Of a stretch of 64,000 bases of DNA, positions 1 through 11,758 are shown piece after piece. The notes beneath the pieces were generated by a model, which saw only the letters and a list, made by a program, of their open reading frames with translations, had not been told where the DNA came from and made no database searches. Position 1 is the stretch's first letter. Every line of letters begins with the position of its first letter. The DNA comes from Azolla caroliniana (Eukaryota > Plantae > Polypodiophyta): positions 496,001 to 560,000 of the forward strand of contig JBHGNT010000020.1 of NCBI GenBank assembly GCA_043228905.1, in the 5' to 3' direction. Made by a program: the position numbers and the translations under genes.

Positions 1-802
1 GGTAAGCAAAACCCGAAACTGGCCAGTAAGCAAACCGGAACCGGCGGCGGAGCCAATGAGGCGGTGACAATCGGCGACCGGACGGAACCGGCGGTCGGAC
101 AAGGCTGGACGCAAACCGAACGGATGATAGGATCATGTGGCTAATTAAAGTGAAGTGAAGAAATCTAAAGTAAAGGTCATGTGGACGGTCGCATGCAACT
201 AAAAGAAAAAGCTATGCAACTAAAAGTAAAGGCCATGCAACAAAAAGTGGACATGCAGATGATCAAGGGAGAACTCCATATAAAATTCCATTTTTTTTCC
301 TACACTCATGCTCTCTCCATATTATCTTAATTGTTTTTCTTTTCCTTCTGAGCTCCCTTATCTTATCGAAGCCATAAACCCTAATTTCCTTACGAAAGCC
401 ATAAACCCTAAATTTCCTTACGGAAGTCATAAACCCTAATTTCCTTACGGAAGTCATAAACCCTAAATTTCCTTACAGAAGCCATAAACCCTAATCTTCC
501 CTACGGAAGCTATATCTCTCAAAATCTAAAATATCTTATCAAAGCCAAAAACCCTAAATTTCTATTGAATCCATATTTAGTTTCTTCTAATCTATTATTC
601 TAGTAATCTCCATTAGCTAAACTTTTTGTAATCTCAATCTTGAGATTGATTGTAATCTTTCTTTCCCTTTATTAATGAAATTTGTGAATCTTTCTCATTT
701 TGTATTAATTGTTTAATATAATCATACGAATCTGATATCTTCCGGTCGGAGACCCTAGGGTCCTGCCTCAAGTTCACGTATCCTCGTCGTATTTTCGCGA
801 CA
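1..802 (+). mobile_element. 3' part of a probable gypsy-type LTR (cut by window edge), abutting the Tcn1-like element
   Basis: TATA-like CATATAAAA near 277. Ends ...TTTTCGCGACA, resembling the 3' end of the solo LTR at 2981-4064. Retroelement coding sequence starts right after 802. Confidence 0.5.
368..560 (+). repeat. Tandem array of ~27-28-bp units (GAAGCCATAAACCCTAATTTCCTTACG), each with an AAACCCTA telo-box
   Basis: About 5 near-identical units at 368-510 plus a degenerate one near 541-560, read directly. Confidence 0.9.
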
Positions 803-2757
803 ATGTCCCCCGACACAACGGCCAGTGTAGCGACCAAACCAAACTCGATCGCAACGGAAACAAGAGAGTGTCGTGACCTAGCAAGAATTGGCCTTACTGG
901 AAAAGTGATGGAGCGGTTACATCAATCCATTGTTGGATTGTGTGTCTCCAACCAACATAGCCCCAACACAATCGGATGTCGGGGGTTTGCGATGAGGTAG
1001 AACGTGAGTTCCTCCTGGTGTGCCTTGACTTAAAGTACCAATGGGATAGTGGCTTCGGTAACCGCCCCTGAAGAGAGAAGTCGGTTGTCGATTGCTTCAA
1101 CGGATATGGGTTGTGATGTGTGGAAGGTGGGGATATTATGTGCATGGACAAACAATTTATCGATAAAGCAAGTAGATGCTCCGGAGTCAAGCAAGGCATG
1201 AGAATTTATTGAAGCCGAACCAAAACAAAGACTTACTTGCAAAGAAAACCCTCCTAATGGCGAAATGGACTTGTAGGAGCATGGAGAAGGTGAGTAATGG
1301 GAAGTGTCCAGCGGCATGGCTCCTACTGCAGCCGGACTTGGTCATTTTCCTGTTGTCGAGGAACCTCCGCAAGACGTGCACGATAGAATTGGTGCCGCAG
1401 GCCCCGCATCGGGCAATGGCGGATGACATGGCCGGGGTTGCCACAATAGAGACAGAGTCTATTGTTCCGACGATGTTGGCGTTGGGCTTCAGTTAGTGGT
1501 TGGAACCGAGCATGGTCGATCTCCATCGGGGTATGGAAATCGACCTCCGTCATGGTATGGTTATCATTGAGTGATGGTAAGGTTGGCTTGGGAGACAAGT
1601 AGAGCCTAACGATTGATGTGTTTCAGGAAGAAGCTTGAGACCCGCAAGTCCCCCGTTCTTCTTGACGAAATTCGAAGAGACGATTGTCACACTGAACATC
1701 TTGGGAGATTACTTGAGACAACGATGTGGGCTCTAAGAAGTTTAAGAGAAGGGTCTTGACATCGTTTCAGAGGCCACGACGGAAATGGTCGTATAGGGCT
1801 TGGTCATCCCAACTCACATTGCAGGCAATTTGACGGAACTTTGAGGCGTAGACCGAGGCTAGATGTGAGCTTTGTTGGAAAGAATAAAGCTTTGTGAGTG
1901 CCGTTCTTCGCCGGTCTGTCTCGCCAAATGTCGCTTCGAGCTCCACAATGAAAGCAGTGAAGTTTTCTAAGAGAGGAGATGACGTCTCGATCAAGGGTGC
2001 AAACCACACTTGCGCCGGCCCGGAGAGAAGCGTGCCGACAAGCCCAACACGAGAAAAGTCGCTAGCATACCGATGGGGCTGTAACCGGATGATAAGCCGA
2101 ATTTGGTTGATGAAGCCGCGAAGATATGCCCTCGTGTTGTTGAATTTGTCCAGTAGGTTGATGGTTGGTTCGAGGACATATGGATGGGAAGAGGACGTGC
2201 TCCAGCTAGGTGCCGATGGTGGTTGTGACTCGAGGGGTGGTGGATTTCTTGAAGTGCCGGATTGCAACTCTACGATTCCCGAAGGATTTCATTATCTAGC
2301 TGAAGTTGTTGCAAGGTTGTCATGATTTGGTTTAGGTTGTCGACGGAGCCGGAGATGGTAGCAAGAAGAGGGAAGGTGAACAAACTATCATGGACAAGTG
2401 AAATAGAGCAAAGCGAAGACAAGACTAGAACACAAGAGAGAGGAAAAGAACAAGACCTCAACTTATAGAATCCGTAACTAGTGTTGTTCACCTTGATTAG
2501 AATCAAGGTGCACCTGAGTATTTATACAAGAAGGTAGGGCTATGTAAGCCAGTTAGAAATAGAGTATGCATGAGGATGCATGCAGAATGCATGAGAATGT
2601 GTGCAAGCTAGAAACGTCCAATGTTCAATCTACACTACATGAAGTTGGATTTGATACAAGGATGCATATGTAACTCAATTGGTAGAGTTGCCCAATAGAG
2701 ACCATGAGGTTGATTGAGTTCAATCTTTATCTTCCTCCGTGGCATACGTCTATGACA
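803..2757 (-). mobile_element. Truncated Ty3/gypsy chromovirus (Tcn1/sushi-like): 5' LTR plus degenerate gag-protease
   Basis: Gag capsid-like ORF 1767-2267 (RGFINQIRL...LSGPAQVWF...FRRGL). CCHC knuckle CLYCGNPGHVIRHC in ORF 1323-1598. Protease ALLDSGASTCFID in ORF 1030-1317. Frameshifts present. LTR 2318-2757 bounded by TGTCAT...ATGACA, with TATA at 2519-2526 on the - strand. Confidence 0.8.
2664..2738 (+). pseudogene. tRNA-like A/B-box cassette inside LTR 2318-2757
   Basis: D-arm TAACTCAATTGGTAGAGTT (AACTC/GAGTT stem) at 2671-2689; B-box-like GAGTTCAATCT at 2716-2726; no acceptor stem. Confidence 0.6.
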
Positions 2758-3354
2758 GTCGGAGTGAGTGTAGCCTTCGACTTCAGTTGAGGTTGTCAAA
2801 CCAAAAGTCAGCTGCATACCTCTTAGGTACCTAAAGATGTGCTTGACGGCCTCCCAGTTGATAGGAATACACGCTCCCTAAGCACAACGCTCGGCCACAA
2901 CCGAGCCTAGGATCAAAACACAGAAAACGGGTAAGGTACGCACGACACAGTGAAGAGAAGAGTACACAGGATGTTAACGTTGTCGTGAAGATTTTCGGCA
3001 ATAGTGTGAAAATCCCATAAAACGTACAAAATCGAGTATGAATCATGTAATACAATAATTGTGAAGATAACATTTTTAATATCTAAGTACAAAATGATGG
3101 AGGTTTCGAATGCACTTTATTACACGAGAAATGGACAACTAAATGTCAAGATATGAGGGTATAAAGTTTGTGAAAAGAAAAGAGAAAAATTGTGAGATAT
3201 CCCACATAGGCACGACAAATACGGCTCTCATCATATATAAGGTGGAGCAAAAGATATTATCTTTGTGTCTATGTGTGGAACATAGAGAGTTTCAAGGTAA
3301 CTTGAACTTAGAGTGGAGGTGGCTAGCTACTCGAAAAGGGTTTTGGCCAACCAA

Positions 3355-3560
3355 AACCGGACCGGCGATGGAGCCGGTGATCCGACGGCATCCGACCGGT
3401 ATCCGGCGGCGGCGTCGGTATCCGGCGGCGGCACCGGTATCCGGCATTGGTATCCGGCGTCGACATCCGGCGGCGGCATCCGGCGGCGGCGTCGGCATCC
3501 GGCATCGGCGTCGGCATCCGGCGGCGGTATCCGGCGGCGGTATCCGGCGAACCGGCGACT
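3355..3560. repeat. GC-rich minisatellite (CCGGCGGCGG/TATCCGG motifs) within the solo LTR
   Basis: Directly visible low-complexity repeat; explains the spurious ORFs at 3143-3579. Confidence 0.85.
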
Positions 3561-3597
3561 AGGTAAAATAAATATATAAAAATATATACATATACAA

Positions 3598-3670
3598 GGA
3601 GGGCAAGTATGGATTCAAACCTTGCACCTCCAAGTTAGGAGTCAAATGGCTTACCATTAAGCCATAGTAT
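3598..3670 (-). pseudogene. tRNA-like cassette (Arg-CCT-like loop) inside solo LTR
   Basis: Minus strand reads TGGCTTAATGGTAAGCCA-TTTGACTCCTAACTTGGAGGTGCAA-GGTTTGAATCC: A-box hairpin, CT-CCT-AA loop, B-box, then T-rich runs. Confidence 0.65.
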
Positions 3671-4785
3671 TTAGTTAAAATTATATTTCTATCATTGTAC
3701 TTTTACATGTAAATTCTCATCCATGAGTGCTAAAATGAGTGACATGGTTAGCATGCACCACATGTAATACTTAAGCGCCAAATGGCAAACATGCAATTTA
3801 TGCATGTCTTGTACCCTCACATGCATCATATGCATGAGAGCATCTATAAAAGAGGGAAGGGGGAGGAGAAAAACACGGTTTTTTTTATGAAAATTAAGAA
3901 CAAGAAATTCGTTATCAAATCAATTGTGTAATCTCATCTTCTCTCTTTCCCAATCTATCTTAAGTGCTTTCTCGCCAAAGCTTGTATCGACTCTAAATCC
4001 TTCTGGTCCAGAACCCCGGCGGTTCCGCCTCACGATCCTCGCGTAGTGACGGATCTTCACGACAACGTGGAAAACCCAAACTAGGGAAAAACCACGGCAG
4101 CCCACAGACTGCAAACTATCACTATATCACAATGTACAATGGTAAAGCACCGAGGCAACGACCTTGAGCTTGTTATCTTCAACACAGGCGGCAACGACCT
4201 CTTCCTCTCTCTCTCTTTCTCTGTACACAGTTACGCGCTCAAATCTTGCACCAACAAGAATGACAACAACTCGATACTAAGTTTGCCCTAAGTCATATTT
4301 ATACTAATATGACTTTTCGGCTATTTACAAATATAGCCCCGATGAACTCTCAAAAACATATTTACGAATATGTCCCTTCATCCGGTGAGCACTCCTCACC
4401 GGGCCTGCATCATCCGGCGCTTGTCGGGCACACGTCATCCGGTTCTCACCGGGTCTTCACCATCCGGCTCTTGCCGAGTACTCGTCATCCGGTTCTCACT
4501 GGGTCTTCTGTTGCCGGGTACTCGTCATCCGGTTCTCACCGAGTCTTCCATAGCCAGGAACTCGTCATCCGGTTTCGGCCGAGGCCGAGTTTGCTCATCA
4601 GTACTGTTCTTCTCACTTCCCATCCGGAGGGACTTGTTTCCTAACAAACTCCCCCTTCACTCTGGCATGGGATGTCTTACTAGTCCGATCCGCTTCCGGC
4701 ATGCATCCAGCTTGTCGGGTATCAGTACTTTGGTCAGCATATCTGACCCATTCTCGGCCGTGTGGATCTTTGTCAGTGCGAACTC

Positions 4786-6201
4786 CTAGTCATCTACTCT
4801 TTCCCGTATCCAGTGATACCTTCGCTGGATATACTTCGTCCGGGAATGGTAGGCCGCATTCTTAGCAAGGTGGATGGCACTTTGACTGTCGTAATATAGC
4901 CGGTATTCATCTTGCCGGATACCGAGCTCTCCGATGAAGTCCTTCATCCATAATATTTCCTTGCCGGCTTCCATAGCCGCCATGTACTCCGCTTCCGTGG
5001 TTGACAACGCAACTGTCTTCTGCAGTCTCGACTGCCACGAAACAACTCCCCCTGCATATGTCATTACATACCTAGATGTAGACGGGCTGGTATCCACATC
5101 AGCCGACATGTCCGAATTGGTAAAACCGTCAAGTAGAGGTTTACCGGAGCCGAATCGGAGACACATGTTCGAAGTGCCCATCAAGTACCGGAGTATCCAT
5201 TTGACCGCGTTCCAGTGCTCCTTGCCGGGATTGCTCAAAAATCGGCTCACTACTCCGACTGCGTATCCTATATCCGATCGGGTACACACCATTGCGTACA
5301 TCAAGCTCCCGACGGCAGAGGCATATGGAACCTTCATCATATCAGCCTTCTCTGCTTTCTTCTTCGGGCTTTGCTTACCGGATAATCTGCAGTTTGTCGG
5401 GAGTGTCAATCCGACCGGTTTCGCTTCTAACATGTTGAACCCCTGAAGCACCTTTGTCATGTACTTCTCCTGTGACAGCCACAATTGCTTCGTTGGCCGG
5501 TTCCGGATAATATGCATCCCCTCAGCCCAAAACTTCTTGGGTAATTTTGCATGCGCCAACATACTCCGGACCCTCTCCATTATGGTCCGGTTCATCCTCT
5601 CGGCCAGCCCGTTTAGTTCAGGCTTCTTGGGCACGGTAAATTCGAGCCGGATTCCCTTTGAGCAACAGTACTCCTCGAACTGCCCCCGGTAATCTCCTCC
5701 GTTATCTGCTCGAACCGCCTTCAGCTTCCGGCCGGTTTCCCTTTCCACTCTCGCGCGGAGTTCTTTGAAGATGGATAGCACCTGATCCTTCGTCTTCAAC
5801 GGTGTGGCCCACAACTTCCGGCTGTGGTCATCTATGAAGGTCACGAAGTACTGTGATCTTGCATGTGACTTCGTGTCCACTTGACATACATCAATATGCA
5901 CCAACTCCAGTGGTGCATGACGTCTTATCGGTGGCCTCGATCGGGGGGAGGTCCGGTTTTGTTTACCGGCCAGACAATCAGTGCACTTCTCCAAGTGCAC
6001 GTTCTTCACTGGAATGAGGTTGTCGTCTGCAAGCCTCTTCATCCCCTTCTCGCTCATGTGACAAAGCCTCTTGTGCCACAGCTCACCGGTAGTGTTAGAT
6101 GCCACGTTCACTTCCTCCGGACATAACCGGGATTTCATCAGGTACAACGTGTTGACCTTCCGGGCCCGAGCCACAATCAGGCTCCCTTTGCTGAATTTCA
6201 T
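4786..6201 (-). pseudogene. Copia A pol remnant: GAG-pre-integrase/integrase fused in frame to RT C-terminus and RNaseH
   Basis: LWHKRLCH..CTDC, FIDD, ADNGG, NGLAERMNRT, then KFWAEG joined directly to MHIIRNR..WLSQEKY; no YVDD core. Confidence 0.9.
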
Positions 6202-9200
6202 AACACCGTTCCGGATGCTACCCGTGTAGCCTTCATCATCTAGCCGACCGGTTGATATCAGGTTCAGACGAACCTCCGGAACGTGTCAGACATCCTTCGG
6301 CAGCAGATTGCATCTGGTTGGTGTTGTCAACCACACGTCTCCTATGCTGACAATCCGGCATGTACCTTCATTCCCCATCCGGACACAACCATGATCACCG
6401 GTTGAGTAGGATGAGAAGCATTTCCGGTCCGCGGTAAGGTGGAACGACGCTCCGGAGTCGACCACCCAGGTCATCTCGTCGCCGGCAAGGTTCAACTCAC
6501 TCTCCTCAGTGATGAGCATCAACTCTTCTTCACTTGCCGCGATTACAGTCGTTCCCTTCCGGTCCGGCCCGGCCCCCTCCGGTCTTTACCGTTCCCGTCC
6601 GGTGTCCGCTTCGAATCGGTACCGTCGGTTTGCTTGTCTTTTTGGAAATGCCAACAGTTCTTCTAGAAGTGTCCCGGCTTGCCGCAATAGAAGCAAGTAG
6701 GCCTCCCCCTTGACTTTGACCGTGTCCCCGACTTTTCCCGGTTCTGGGGACTACGGTTCCTTTGTCTTCCGCGTTCCGATTCGGTAAGGAGCGCTTTGGA
6801 GTCGTAGCTCGTATCCTTATCTTTCCGACGCGCCTCCTCAACTAGCAAGCTCGACTTCACTCTTGCTAGGGATAACCGTTTCCCTTCCGGCCCGGCGTTG
6901 CCCAAAGTGACAACCAACGTCTCCTAGCTATCTGGGAGGGAACCGAGCAGGAGTAGCGCTAGTACCTCATCGGCGAGAGGTACTTCCAATGATGTTGCCT
7001 TGTGGATCAGCCCCTGGAAGGCATTCATGTGCTCCGCCATGCTGGAGCCATCTTGGTACCGGAGTCTTACTAGCTTCCGAAATACCGAAACCTGATTAAC
7101 AACATTCTTGTTTTGAAACATAATGTTGATCTTATCCCAGAGCTCATGAGCCTTGCTCTCTTCATTGAAGTTGTTGTATAGGCTCATGTCGATGAAGCAC
7201 CGTATGTAGGCCGTTGTCTTCATGTGCATCACCTCCCATATCGTGGCGTCGATTTTGTCCGGTCTCTTGTCCCCGAACTGAACGGGTAGCCAAAGATCTT
7301 TAACCACGAGCATGTCCCTCATCTTCGACTTCCACATGGAATAGTTGGAGCCAGTGAGCTTGAACATGCCTCCCAATGATTCGTCCATTTTCTGTGTCGT
7401 TTCGCCCTGATACCAGTTTGACAGGAATACACGCTCCCTAAGCACAACGCTCGGCCACAACCGAGCCTAGGATCAAAACACAGAAAACAGGTAAGGTACG
7501 CATGACACAGTGAAGAGAAGAGTACACAGGATGTTAACGTGGAAAACCCAAACTAGGGAAAAACCACGGCAGCCCACAGACTGCAAACTATCACTATATC
7601 ACAATGTACAATGGTAAAGCACCGAGGCAACGACCTTGAGCTTGTTATCTTCGACACAGGCGGCGGTTACAACAGAGGCAACGACCTCTTCCTCTCTCTC
7701 TCTTTCTCTGTACACAGTTACGCGCTCAAATCTTGCACCAACAAGAATGACAACAACTCGATACTAAGTTTGCCCTAAGTCATATTTATACTAATATGAC
7801 TTTTCGGCTATTTACAAATATAGCCCCGATGAACTCTCAAAAACATATTTACGAATATGTCCCTTCATCCGGTGAGCACTCCTCACCGGGCATGCATCAT
7901 CCGGCGCCTGTCGGGCACACGTCATCCGGTTCTCATCGGGTCTTCCGTTGCCAGGTACTCCACATCTGGTTCTCACTGGGTCTTCACCATCCGGCTCTTG
8001 TCGGGTACTTGTCATCTGGTTCTCACCGGGTCTTCCGTTGTTGGGTACTCGTCATTCGGTTCTCACCGGGTCTTCCATAGCCGGGAACTCGTCACCCGGT
8101 TTCGACCGAGGCCGAGTTTGCTCATCAGTACTTTTCTTCTCCCTTCCCATCCGGAGGGACCTGTTTCCTAACACCAGTGCTTCCGTCCTTCCAGATTTGA
8201 CATGTACCGGCTGACCACCCCTATGGCATAGTCTAGGTCGGGTCGGGTCGTCACCATTGCGTACATGATACTTCTTATGACCGATGCGTAGGGCATCTTT
8301 CCGTTAAGCTCTCTCTCCTTGTCTGTTGAAGGAGAGTCTGTTCGATAGTCAGAATCGGTGTGGTGTCGGTTTCACATTCTCCATGTTGAAGCGGTTCAAC
8401 ACTTTGCGAATATAGCTTTCCGATCTCTGCCTGATTGCTCCCTGCAATGAGAATGTCGTTGACATATAGGATCAAATAGATCCTAGACTCGTTGGCCAAT
8501 TGCTGAACATACATACATGGGTCTGAGTAAGATTTGTGATATCCAAGCTGCCTGATGTAGGAGTCAAACTTCTAGTACCACATCCTCAACGCTTGTTTCA
8601 AGCCATAAAGGTTTTTCTTTAGTTGACATACGAGGTGACTTTTCTCCCCCGTTGCCGTGAAGTCTAGCGTTTGAGACATGTAAATGTCTTCTTCCAGATC
8701 TCCGTGTACATTGTCTTTACAGCTAGCTGCTCAAGCTCTAGGTCTTTTGTCGCCACAACTCCTAGTAGGAGTCGGAGGGTGGTCATCTTGACTATGGGTG
8801 AGAATAGCTCGTCGTAGTCAACCTCATGTTCTTGTTTGAACCCTTTCGCGAAAAGCCAAGCTTTGTACTTGGGTTTCTCTGAGTCAAATGCATATTTGTA
8901 TCAAAAAACCCATTTGCAAGGTAGTGGCTTTCTTCTAGCTGGTAGTTTGACCAACTTCCATGTGTTGTTCTCTTTGATCGAGTCCATTTCAGATTTCATG
9001 GCTTGTGGCCATGTGTCGGCATCCGGTGTGACCATAGCTTCGTTGTATGTGCTTGGTTCGCTTGCATCGGTGTACTTTACATAGTCGAGGCCCGGTTGAT
9101 AAAACTCTGTTGGCCTTCGAGCTCGTCCAGTTCTCTTGGGTGCCGAAATGAGTGGTTCGGATCCTTCAATCGTCTCTGTTGGTCAATCAGCATTTGTTGA

Positions 9201-9822
9201 GCCACTTGTGTCAGGAGTCTTGTTGGTTGACCCACCCCCATGTTGGGATTTCGGCGGTGTTATGATGTTCTCCCTTGGGTACTCGGTCGACTCAGATAGT
9301 TTTTCTCTTGAGTCATATTCGGTATTTCAGTCAGTTGGACGAGTCTGTCTCTTTTGACTCTGTCATTTCCGACTCTAGTCGATTTTACTTTGTTTTTGAT
9401 GAGTTTGTCTTCGAGTTTCACTCTTGGACCTCCTACCGATTCGGAGTCGGCAGGTATGTTGTTGGCTTGCTCAAGTTCGACTTTATGTCGAATTGCCGAT
9501 TCAGCTTGGTGGGACAGTCCTTCTACGACATCTCTGTCGGGATCGAAGGATACCTTTTTACCAACTATTTTCTGTTGATTCTGTTAAGAGAAAATAGAGT
9601 CTTCATTGAAGACTACGTCACTGGATCAGTTTCCAGTTCTCCGGGTCCCATAGCCTATAGCCAAAGTCCTCGTTGGTTCCATAACCTAGAAATATGCACT
9701 TCGTTACATGGGGCGCCGACTTGGTCCTTTTCTCCCTGGGCATGAATGTGTAGGCTTCGCATCCGAATATATGGAGCCTATCATAGGTCAGCTATTTGCC
9801 TGACCATAGTGCCTGTGACACT

Positions 9823-10298
9823 TAACAATCGACAACGGTTCGGTTTGAAACCGAACCACGAAACCGCGGTTTCAACAATTTGGTTCAGGTTGGGGTTTTT
9901 TAAAACGGTTCTGTTCAGTTTCGGTTCGGATTAAATAGTCAAAAACCGTGGTTTAACGGTTTTTTATTTTTTATTTATTTTTATTATTATTAAAAATTTT
10001 AAAAATTTTAAAAATTTTAAAAATTGTTTTTAAACAATCTTTTCATTTTTAGACCTTATTCTCACATTTTAGGAACATCTTAAAAAAAAAAAAAAAAAAT
10101 TAAAATGAAATATTATAAATTTTAAAAAATTAAAAGTTTGACCTATATTGAAAACCGAAACCGAACCATGAAACCGTGGTTTTTACGGTTTAATGGTTTA
10201 ATGGTTTGAAAAATGTTTAACGGTTTTGCGGTTTGGTTCAGGTTTCAAAAAAATTTAACTGTTTGGACCCTCTCAAACCAAACCGTTGCCGATTGTTA
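9823..10298. mobile_element. hAT-type MITE
   Basis: TIRs TAACAATCGACAACGGTT / AACCGTTGCCGATTGTTA; 8-bp TSD GTGACACT / GTGGCACT; many subterminal AAACCG/CGGTTT motifs; AT-rich core. Confidence 0.85.
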
Positions 10299-11241
10299 GT
10301 GGCACTTTGAGCCTGATTACTTTCGACGGTGATAGATTTAACATGTATACTGCCATCTGCAATGCCTCGGCCTAGAACTCCAGCTTTAGTCCGGCTTGCT
10401 GGAGCATTGTCGTCACCCTCTCCTGGATCGTTTGATTGATCCGTTCTACCACTACATTCTGCATGGGTGTGTAAGGAATGGTCTTTTGATGCCAGATCCC
10501 TTTGTCGAATAGGTACTGTTTGAAGGCTCTGGAGGTATAAGTTGTGAGTGCATTGGAGGACTACCATTATGAACTACTCTCATATGTAATAGAAAGTTTG
10601 TATTGCCACATATACATATCTATGAGTGTAACTCTATGTGCCTATCTTTTTGGTTCTTAATATTTCTAACAATAATCAACCCCTCTCTTTTTTACCAAGG
10701 TTAAGCTCTAACTATGGGCTTAAATAAATATTTTAGTGTAGAGTAAAATCACTCCTCATAAAAAATCCAACTAAAAAATGTACATTTGTCCCATACAGTA
10801 TGAAACTCCAAACATTGTAATTTTGCCTTTTGAGTGTGACCCTTTATGTATCCATTGTCTAGGCAAGCCTTTCTACACATTTTGGAATACCTTCAAGCAC
10901 TAGCTTTATAAGTTATAGCTTGAGATAATCTACATTTACAATATCCTTTTGAAAGATAGATTTAGAACATTCACAGTATGTCCCACAAACTGAAGAATAA
11001 CATTTTGTTTTAAAAGGCAATGTTAATATTGAAAGAATTACCACCAATAACAATGGCAACAAGTAGTTGACAAGCATACACTTGAACCATGTAATTATTT
11101 GCATCCACAAATCAAAGATAATGATCTCGAACATTGTACTTCAAATTGAACTAGATGCTTTCACATTGGAAAAACAACACAATTGTTTTCTTTGCTCTTG
11201 TAATGGTATATTTGTCTTGAATAGAGCAAAACGTTACCATG

Positions 11242-11480
11242 CCTCTTTTGAGGGATGAATTTCAACATTGTCTTTGAAGACTTTTTATTTAGGAGGAAAT
11301 AGTTACTTAGACCTTTATCCGATGTGGGGTTTAATACAATACCAATGCTAGAAGAATCAACCTCTTTTGAGGGATGAATTTCAACATTATATTTGAAGAC
11401 TTTTTATTAGGAGGAAATAATTAGTTATAACTTCAACCAAGATGGTGTTTAATATGACACCAATGCTAGAAGAATCACCT
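11242..11480. repeat. Tandem duplication of ~119 bp
   Basis: CCTCTTTTGAGGGATGAATTTCAACATT...CCAATGCTAGAAGAATCA occurs at 11242 and 11361. Confidence 0.85.
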
Positions 11481-11638
11481 ATTTAAGTTGGATTAGGAGG
11501 AGAAAGTAAATTGATTTAAAATCAATGTATTGGAATGTGGGTTGAAGGAGTTATTGTCCTTACTTTGAGGTATTTTCTTCCAACCAGTAACACCATTTTA
11601 AGGTTGATTATACAAGAAAGGCCAAAAAAACTTTCAAC

Positions 11639-11758
11639 CTTTTTTTTCCAAAAAAAACTCCTTCCATTAGTTATAGAAATTTACAAATGAGATTGTTATA
11701 TACAAATCCCTATATAGATGTGATAGTAATGAAAGGAGTTTTTTTTGGAAAAAAAAAA
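11639..11758. repeat. Small fold-back with ~30-bp inverted arms (possible MITE relic)
   Basis: TTTTTTTTTCCAAAAAAAACTCCTTCCATTA ... TAATGAAAGGAGTTTTTTTTGGAAAAAAAAA. Confidence 0.65.

Larger units (their letters stand above)
2981..4064 (+). mobile_element. Solo LTR (gypsy-type) nested in the 3' LTR of copia A
   Basis: Perfect 12-bp terminal inverted repeat TGTCGTGAAGAT...ATCTTCACGACA. ACGT duplicated on both sides; the uninterrupted site is visible in the sister LTR at ~7537-7541. TATA at ~3845. Confidence 0.9.
2859..8173 (-). mobile_element. Ty1/copia LTR retrotransposon with internal deletion (copia A)
   Basis: TSD CCAGT (2854-2858 / 8174-8178). LTRs 2859-4646 (interrupted) and 7419-8173 with TG..CA ends. 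tRNA-iMet-type PBS TGGTATCAGGGC at ~7404-7415; PPT GAAGGGGGAG next to 4647. Gag, CCHC CFYCGKPGH, protease WVVDSGASFH, integrase HHCC/DDE and RNaseH present. Confidence 0.95.
2758..10567 (-). mobile_element. Old degenerate Ty1/copia element (host of later insertions); pieces at 2758-2858, 8174-9822, 10299-10567
   Basis: RT/RNaseH peptide HW|EAVKHIFRYLRG...VEGYTHSD is split by the 2859-8173 insertion. Degenerate YVDD motif (IYLILYVNDILIAG) in ORF 8275-8514. Integrase-like remnants at 10300-10560. Confidence 0.75.

Noticed and set aside
9819-10301. CACTA element (CACT...TAGTG ends)
   Set aside because: No 3-bp TSD; those bases are explained by an 8-bp TSD around a hAT-type MITE.
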